Source: a virus | Taxonomy: Duplodnaviria > Caudoviricetes | Virus record (IMG/VR): IMGVR_UViG_2654588115_000001 | Span: 1 to 64,000 of that record | DNA length: 64,000 nt | Reading direction: 5' to 3' (one strand) | Shown: piece after piece, positions 59,018-64,000 of the stretch | Layout: the number at the start of each line of letters is the position of its first letter | Numbering within the stretch: position 1 is the stretch's first letter | Position numbers and translations under genes: made by a program | The notes under the pieces: generated by a model | What the model saw: only the letters and a program-made list of their open reading frames with translations | Told to the model about the DNA's origin: nothing | Database searches by the model: none

Positions 59018-59073
59018 GCCTGTACGCCATTATAATTGTATAACGGTACACAGTTATACAATTACACCATTAT
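59018..59073. repeat. octamer array 12
   Basis: gcctgtac gccattat aattgtat aacggtac acagttat acaattac accattat. Confidence 0.85.
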
Positions 59074-59261
59074 GCCTGTTCGGACACCCATATACGGCGT
59101 TCTGACGGTACGTTTTTTACTTCTTCGCTCTTTATCCGGCGTATCTCCACTTTCAGCCTATGATTCTCCATTTGATAGTCATAAGCAAGGTTATGACATA
59201 TCCAAAGAATACACAGGAGAACGAGAATAATATAGCCGAGTGTGATTTCCAAGATATTCAT
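59070..59261 (-). CDS. small membrane-anchored protein
   Basis: GGAGG RBS before MNILEITLGYIILVLLCILW. Confidence 0.55.
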   Translation of the reverse strand: MNILEITLGYIILVLLCILWICHNLAYDYQMENHRLKVEIRRIKSEEVKNVPSERRIWVSEQA

Positions 59262-59433
59262 GCACCATCCTCCAAAAAACTCATAAATAATACCTTTGTA
59301 AAAGCATTTGTCCAGATTTTGCATCTGCCCACCACAAGGCCATTTCTCTGCTATACCCTATGAGAAGATACGCACGATAGAACTGCCGCAACCTCAATCC
59401 TGTACCTTAAAACCTTCCTTGTCCCCATTTTCA

Positions 59434-59691
59434 TCAGTCACCACATACTTTGCCATTATGCTTTGCCTCCAATATGTCAATCAGTGGCTCATAGAACGCA
59501 TGGTCACTGCGCCGCCACAACTTTGCCTTTTCCTTGAAATCGCAGAACTCCGATGTTACTGCAACAATATCTACCGACATTTTCCCCCACCGAAACGGAC
59601 AAGGCGGTATTCTCTGGGCATTCCGATATGACCGAGCCAGTTCAACCTTGCGATTATTCTTTAGGTGAATCGTATACTTTACATAACGCAT
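59434..59691 (-). CDS. hypothetical protein, first gene of the dnaE operon
   Basis: Downstream of TTGATT-17-TATAAT promoter with an operator in the spacer (59744-59756). Confidence 0.55.
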   Translation of the reverse strand: MRYVKYTIHLKNNRKVELARSYRNAQRIPPCPFRWGKMSVDIVAVTSEFCDFKEKAKLWRRSDHAFYEPLIDILEAKHNGKVCGD

Positions 59692-59821
59692 TTATCATTA
59701 TCACCACCGTTCATATTATTTTACGTTACCATTATTATACAAGTGTAAAATAAGAAAATCAACCCATAAAACAAAAAAGGTGGGCTATTGAGGTTTTTTC
59801 TCCCCCAATAGCCCAACGCAT

Positions 59822-60274
59822 CTAAAAAGAAACCCCCACGAGCACCGCCGCTACCGTAGCTATTTGCCACGCTTGCCGCTGGTGTCGCAGGTTATTTTCC
59901 GTCTTTATATGTTGCCTTTCCAGTTCATCAATATCACTTTTCGTACTTCGCAAGGATTCCTTCGCATTGGTCAATGAGCCGGATGCAGCGGTCAACTGTG
60001 TTTTCAGCATTACTATTTCCCTGCTCTGCTCTTGTAACTGACTCTGCGCTCTTTCTAACTGCATCCTCGATTCTGCCAACTGACTCTTGGCTTCCTTCAA
60101 TGCTCCCTTGGCCTCGGTCAAGGTCAGCTTCAGTTCGTTGAAATCCTCCCTCGACATTACCACGGTATTCTCCTGTCCGGCAGCTTGTGCCTGGTTCATA
60201 GATGAACATAAACCAGCAGAGGGCAATAACCAGAAGGAGACCAACGCCATAAAACATATAACGAAATTTCTCAT
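59822..60274 (-). CDS. spanin-like protein (signal/lipoprotein-like N-terminus, coiled coil, C-terminal TM)
   Basis: After endolysin; ...LLPSAGLC, long heptad coil, AWQIATVAAVLVGVSF. Confidence 0.65.
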   Translation of the reverse strand: MRNFVICFMALVSFWLLPSAGLCSSMNQAQAAGQENTVVMSREDFNELKLTLTEAKGALKEAKSQLAESRMQLERAQSQLQEQSREIVMLKTQLTAASGSLTNAKESLRSTKSDIDELERQHIKTENNLRHQRQAWQIATVAAVLVGVSF

Positions 60275-60284
60275 TCATCATCAC
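59934..60284 (-). CDS. i-spanin-like protein overlapping in another frame
   Basis: ATGA coupling to amidase; N-terminal TM then coiled coil. Confidence 0.6.
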   Translation of the reverse strand: MMMNEKFRYMFYGVGLLLVIALCWFMFIYEPGTSCRTGEYRGNVEGGFQRTEADLDRGQGSIEGSQESVGRIEDAVRKSAESVTRAEQGNSNAENTVDRCIRLIDQCEGILAKYEK

Positions 60285-60871
60285 ATCCCCTCATTTCTGT
60301 ACCAGTTTGCCTTGCCTCGCAAAACATTCCCTCCAGTGGCAGGGCTATCGTAGTTCACCGTATACTGCGGACTCTCATCTGTGCCGAGATACTGCAAATC
60401 CCAACGCTCTACCGTTGTTTGCGGTCCATATGGCTCATGCGGATAAAGCCCATCCAGATTATCCGCCGCTTCTCCGTGGGTCATAACATGGTCACGGTCA
60501 ATGGTCAGCCACAAGCCATCAGCGACCGCCACAATCGCTTGTGCCATCGCCTCAATCTGCGCAGCTGTGGGAGGTTCCGGACCAAGGTCTTCGGATGTTG
60601 CCTTGTATGCGCAGCACAGGCTGATACCGACCGCACCGGTATTGCGCCGCCATGTATGTGCTTTAATCTCGTTCAAATCCCCAGTACATACCATCTTGCC
60701 ATCTTCAAGGATATTGATGTGGTAATCCTGGAACACGCTATCATAATGCCCTGCGCTCCAATGCAGATAAATCTTCGGCTCCCTGCCATAAGCCTGCGCC
60801 TGTGCCCAAATGCTCTCTCTGGCCTCCGCAGCCATTTCCCTTAAATCCTCAATGGTCACTACTTTTAGCAT
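60281..60871 (-). CDS. endolysin, N-acetylmuramoyl-L-alanine amidase (Amidase_2)
   Basis: IYLHWSAG, YH, AHTWRRNTGAVGISLC, THGE. Confidence 0.88.
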   Translation of the reverse strand: MLKVVTIEDLREMAAEARESIWAQAQAYGREPKIYLHWSAGHYDSVFQDYHINILEDGKMVCTGDLNEIKAHTWRRNTGAVGISLCCAYKATSEDLGPEPPTAAQIEAMAQAIVAVADGLWLTIDRDHVMTHGEAADNLDGLYPHEPYGPQTTVERWDLQYLGTDESPQYTVNYDSPATGGNVLRGKANWYRNEGM

Positions 60872-61052
60872 ACGCATCATCCCTTCCATGCTCCAATGCC
60901 CCACGGGACATCCATCCAATCAGCCCCGATGCTATCGAGGTCTGCAATTCCTTACTGCCACCAGTAAACAGGGACAAAATAAGGGCAAGCACCAAGCCTG
61001 CCCCTACGATTTTATCTACTGTCAGCCAACGAATAAACGCTGTTCCTGTCAT
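60849..61052 (-). CDS. putative holin
   Basis: Small, two hydrophobic helices, directly before the endolysin. Confidence 0.6.
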   Translation of the reverse strand: MTGTAFIRWLTVDKIVGAGLVLALILSLFTGGSKELQTSIASGLIGWMSRGALEHGRDDAYAKSSDH

Positions 61053-61291
61053 TTCATCACCCCCATTATGCCAAGGCCAACCGCTATCGCCCATGCGATA
61101 AACTCACGCACACCGAAGAATTGCGCACTGCGCTCCTCCAATGCTGAAATCCGTTCCTCGTGGTTTTCCAGGAGCTTTCCCAGTCGGGCACTCTCGGCAA
61201 TTTGCGTATTCAGCATAGTTTCAATCCTTGTGGTTCTCTCGGAAATCACTGTTACTTTGTCGTAGATTTTAATGAGCTGGTCGTCCGTCAT
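61049..61291 (-). CDS. XhlA-like / holin-associated protein
   Basis: AAGGAGG RBS; coiled coil HEERISALE plus C-terminal TM. Confidence 0.65.
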   Translation of the reverse strand: MTDDQLIKIYDKVTVISERTTRIETMLNTQIAESARLGKLLENHEERISALEERSAQFFGVREFIAWAIAVGLGIMGVMK

Positions 61292-61304
61292 TCGCATCAC
61301 CTCC

Positions 61305-61682
61305 TTATGTTGCACGTGGTTTAGCCTTGGGGTCATATGTAACCACACAGTCAGCCGGAGCGCCCCACGGTTGATTTTTCTGCAATGCCTTGTTTGCTTT
61401 GCGCCCCAAGACGATTTTCTTCAGCTTCGGACAGTTCAAAAAGGCGTTCTTTTGGATATTCGCCACATTTTTCGGCACAAACACCTCTTCCAGTTCCAAG
61501 AAATCAGCAAAGGTATAGGATTCAATGAGGTCAAAATCACTGCTCTTCGGTATTTCCAAATAAGTCAACGTTCCCTCGAAGAATCCCACATCTGCTGAAC
61601 TGGTATCTATCGTAATATCCTCGTCCTTGCTATGGTCACGGCAATCCACAATCATGTTTATTACAGGCAAATTACCCCCTCC
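61305..61682 (-). CDS. BspA-type LRR-like tail-associated protein
   Basis: IESYTF....LEEVFVPKNVANIQKNAFLNCPKL...PWGA; start uncertain. Confidence 0.65.
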   Translation of the reverse strand, partial: GGGNLPVINMIVDCRDHSKDEDITIDTSSADVGFFEGTLTYLEIPKSSDFDLIESYTFADFLELEEVFVPKNVANIQKNAFLNCPKLKKIVLGRKANKALQKNQPWGAPADCVVTYDPKAKPRAT

Positions 61683-62091
61683 ATTCCACTTCCGGCTCAT
61701 TATCCGCACCCCACGGGTAGCCAGTTATACTATCCTTGGGAGCATGAAAGATTATTTTCCCCGGCGATGTGTCACGAAAGCAATCCACAGGTAAGGCCGT
61801 AACCGTACTCGGAAACTCCACCGAACCGAGCTGACAATTACAGAACGCCTTGCTATGCACCTCCGTTACCCCCTCTGGTACAGTCACCACCAAGTCACTA
61901 CTGGGCCAACAATCGTTGAAAATATAGCTGCGAAGTTTCTTCGTTCCCTTCGGAATATTCACCGCAGGAATTTCCCCAGAATGATACAGAAGAGCCACCG
62001 CTACCGCAGATAACCCTTTATCACCGCTCGGCTGTACCGTAGTTGCACCGGCAGGAAGAATCTCCATCGGAATCCGGTTTATCAGCATCAA
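61672..62091 (-). CDS. BspA-type LRR-like tail-associated protein
   Basis: VPEGVTEVHSKAFCNC...FPSTVTAL...PWGA. Confidence 0.65.
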   Translation of the reverse strand: MMLINRIPMEILPAGATTVQPSGDKGLSAVAVALLYHSGEIPAVNIPKGTKKLRSYIFNDCWPSSDLVVTVPEGVTEVHSKAFCNCQLGSVEFPSTVTALPVDCFRDTSPGKIIFHAPKDSITGYPWGADNEPEVEWRG

Positions 62092-63974
62092 ATCACCACC
62101 ATTTCAAAAGTTACATCTACCGTAGGAGCCTGCTGCATAGCCCGGAGGGTAACGTAGCCATCCTCCTGCCATACACAGCTTATACAAGCCTGTGCCACCT
62201 GTTTGTAGACTTCGAGGGTGGTATCATTCGGCAGACCAAGAAACATCACGGAATCCTTCTTTATCGCCTCATTGCTTAGTTCTGCCTCCTTGTCTTTCCA
62301 ACTACTGGCAGAAATCGTGAAGGCGAACGTGGTTTTCTGCATCGCAGCACCACCGCTGGACGAGCCACTAGCCCCTTTTGGCAGCACAAAGTCCAACACC
62401 GCATCCGTGTCCGTACCGCTATTGATAACACTGGGCGTATCGCCCTCGGTAACTGTGCCAATTTTCACCGTTGCGGCCTTGCCATCAGCACCTTTAGCTC
62501 CCGTCGCTCCATCCGCGCCTTTTTCGCCAGGAACGCCTTGGATACCCTGCTCACCTTGCGGTCCCTGTGCGCCATCAGCTCCTTTCAAGGATTCTAGCCA
62601 TGCTTTCTCCGAACCCACGAAGCCATTATCAAGGGCAATCTCATAGGCACTTCTCCCATCCTTGCCTGGAGTTCCAGTGCCCCCTCCGGAGCCCGTATCA
62701 GTAACAGGCAGGGTAAAATCAAAGATTGCTTCGCTTTCTGTGCCCACATTTACAACACGGGGAGCCGAACCGGTAGTTACCTTGCCAACTTTGATTGTCG
62801 CAGCCTTGCCATCTGCACCATTGGCCCCGTCTTTCCCTGGTACTCCATTCGCACCCGGTTTTCCATCCGTACCACGCTCTCCATCTTTTCCTTTAAGGGA
62901 TTCGAGCCATTCTTGTACCGTTCCCTCAAAGCCAGTATCCTTTGCCACCTCATAGGCAGACCGACCATCTTTCCCCTGTCCCCCTGTGCCAGTGCTGCTC
63001 CCCATGGACGCGGGGAAAGTAAAATTCAGAACCGCATCCAAGTCCGTTCCTACATTTTCCACGGCAAGTTTATCGCCAACACTCACCGTACCAACCTTGA
63101 TACGGGCAGAGGTTCCATCGAACCCACGCAAAGACTGTAACCAGGCTGACTCCGAACCTTCATAGCCATTTTCCACTGCAACTTCATAGGCGGATAATCC
63201 ACTTTCCCCCTTCAATGCAGTCAGCCATTCCTTTTCTGTGCCGGTATACCCCAGTTCCTTCGCCGCTTCATAAGCACTTTTACCGGTTGCGCCCTGTTTG
63301 ATGCTGGAATAACTTGGCATAACAATATCCAGGACAACCTCAGATTCCGTGCCGGAATTCGTCACCTTAAACTCATTTTTATCTGAAAAAGCAACTTTAC
63401 CAACCGAAAAGGTACAAGGCTTTCCATCTATGCCATTTGCTCCGTTTACCCCGTCCTTGCCATCCTTACCATTGATGCCGTCCTTGCCCTTCAATGAAGC
63501 CAGCCAATTAACTTCCGAGGAGTTATAGCCATTCTTGACGGCAATTTCATAGGCAGACAGGCCATTTACGCCATCCTTGCCGTTTGCACCGTCTTTACCA
63601 TCCTGACCAGGCTTGCCATTCGTACCGTTCTTCCCGTTAGCACCGTCTTGTCCTTTGAGAGATTCGAGGAATGCCTTTTCCGTGCCCACAAAGCCGTTTT
63701 CCAGCGCGAGGTCATATACGGACTTGCCCACTGCATCCTTGCCGTCTTTACCATTCTGGCCAGCAGGTCCGGTATCGCCCTTCTCCCCCTTATCACCTTT
63801 CAGCGAGGCCAGCCACGCAGATTCAGAGCCGGTGAATCCTTGCCGCACCGCGATAGCATAGGCAGATTCGCCATCTTTGCCATTGACACCAGCCCCACCG
63901 CTGCCGGAAGAACCACTGCCACTCCCACGGTTATCGTAGAGCCACCGCAGATTTTCAGCTATAACATCGTACAA
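62088..63974 (-). CDS. collagen-like tail fibre protein
   Basis: Gly-X-Y runs interleaved with seven G.SAY..A...G(F/Y).G.E..WL.SL.G-type modules and VG.V...NSGT...A.LDF.LP modules; start may lie slightly upstream. Confidence 0.85.
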   Translation of the reverse strand: MYDVIAENLRWLYDNRGSGSGSSGSGGAGVNGKDGESAYAIAVRQGFTGSESAWLASLKGDKGEKGDTGPAGQNGKDGKDAVGKSVYDLALENGFVGTEKAFLESLKGQDGANGKNGTNGKPGQDGKDGANGKDGVNGLSAYEIAVKNGYNSSEVNWLASLKGKDGINGKDGKDGVNGANGIDGKPCTFSVGKVAFSDKNEFKVTNSGTESEVVLDIVMPSYSSIKQGATGKSAYEAAKELGYTGTEKEWLTALKGESGLSAYEVAVENGYEGSESAWLQSLRGFDGTSARIKVGTVSVGDKLAVENVGTDLDAVLNFTFPASMGSSTGTGGQGKDGRSAYEVAKDTGFEGTVQEWLESLKGKDGERGTDGKPGANGVPGKDGANGADGKAATIKVGKVTTGSAPRVVNVGTESEAIFDFTLPVTDTGSGGGTGTPGKDGRSAYEIALDNGFVGSEKAWLESLKGADGAQGPQGEQGIQGVPGEKGADGATGAKGADGKAATVKIGTVTEGDTPSVINSGTDTDAVLDFVLPKGASGSSSGGAAMQKTTFAFTISASSWKDKEAELSNEAIKKDSVMFLGLPNDTTLEVYKQVAQACISCVWQEDGYVTLRAMQQAPTVDVTFEMVVI

Positions 63975-64000
63975 ACCATTATTATCACCAGTGGCAAAGG

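Noticed and set aside
5153-59073. Octamer arrays as CRISPR or mini-CRISPR arrays
   Set aside because: Units are contiguous 8-mers with no unique spacers, and there is no cas operon
61305-63974. Diversity-generating retroelement acting on the tail fibre or LRR genes
   Set aside because: No RT and no TR/VR pair with adenine-specific differences seen; repeats are protein-level modules

Overview
Most of a large temperate siphovirus-like genome that looks like a circular phage-plasmid, probably of a diderm Firmicute (Negativicutes-like; inferred from spanin-like genes plus Firmicute-type proteins). Minus strand 1-17 kb: terS-terL-portal-protease-capsid-neck-tail tube-frameshifted tail chaperone-tape measure (runs off the left edge), interrupted by morons. 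17-20.4 kb: mostly non-coding, with a ~490-nt structured RNA candidate, a second ncRNA, a tRNA-like element, a lox/dif-like site and strand-biased repeats. 20.5-30 kb (+): AT-rich small early genes and a tyrosine recombinase. 30-34.4 kb: low-GC restriction-modification cassette with two C5-MTases. 38-48 and 54-59 kb (-): dUTPase, ThyX-like, RusA, a C5-methyltransferase split over four genes, PD-(D/E)xK nuclease, primase-helicase, SSB, DnaE. 48-52 kb: XRE repressor, a putative Rep-less origin (long structured RNA, short antisense RNA, DnaA boxes) and ParA plus an RHH partner. Twelve octamer-repeat arrays (putative centromeres) are dispersed across the window. Right end (-): collagen-like tail fibre, LRR proteins, holins, amidase, overlapping spanin-like pair. 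All calls come from reading motifs by eye; no database searches were run.
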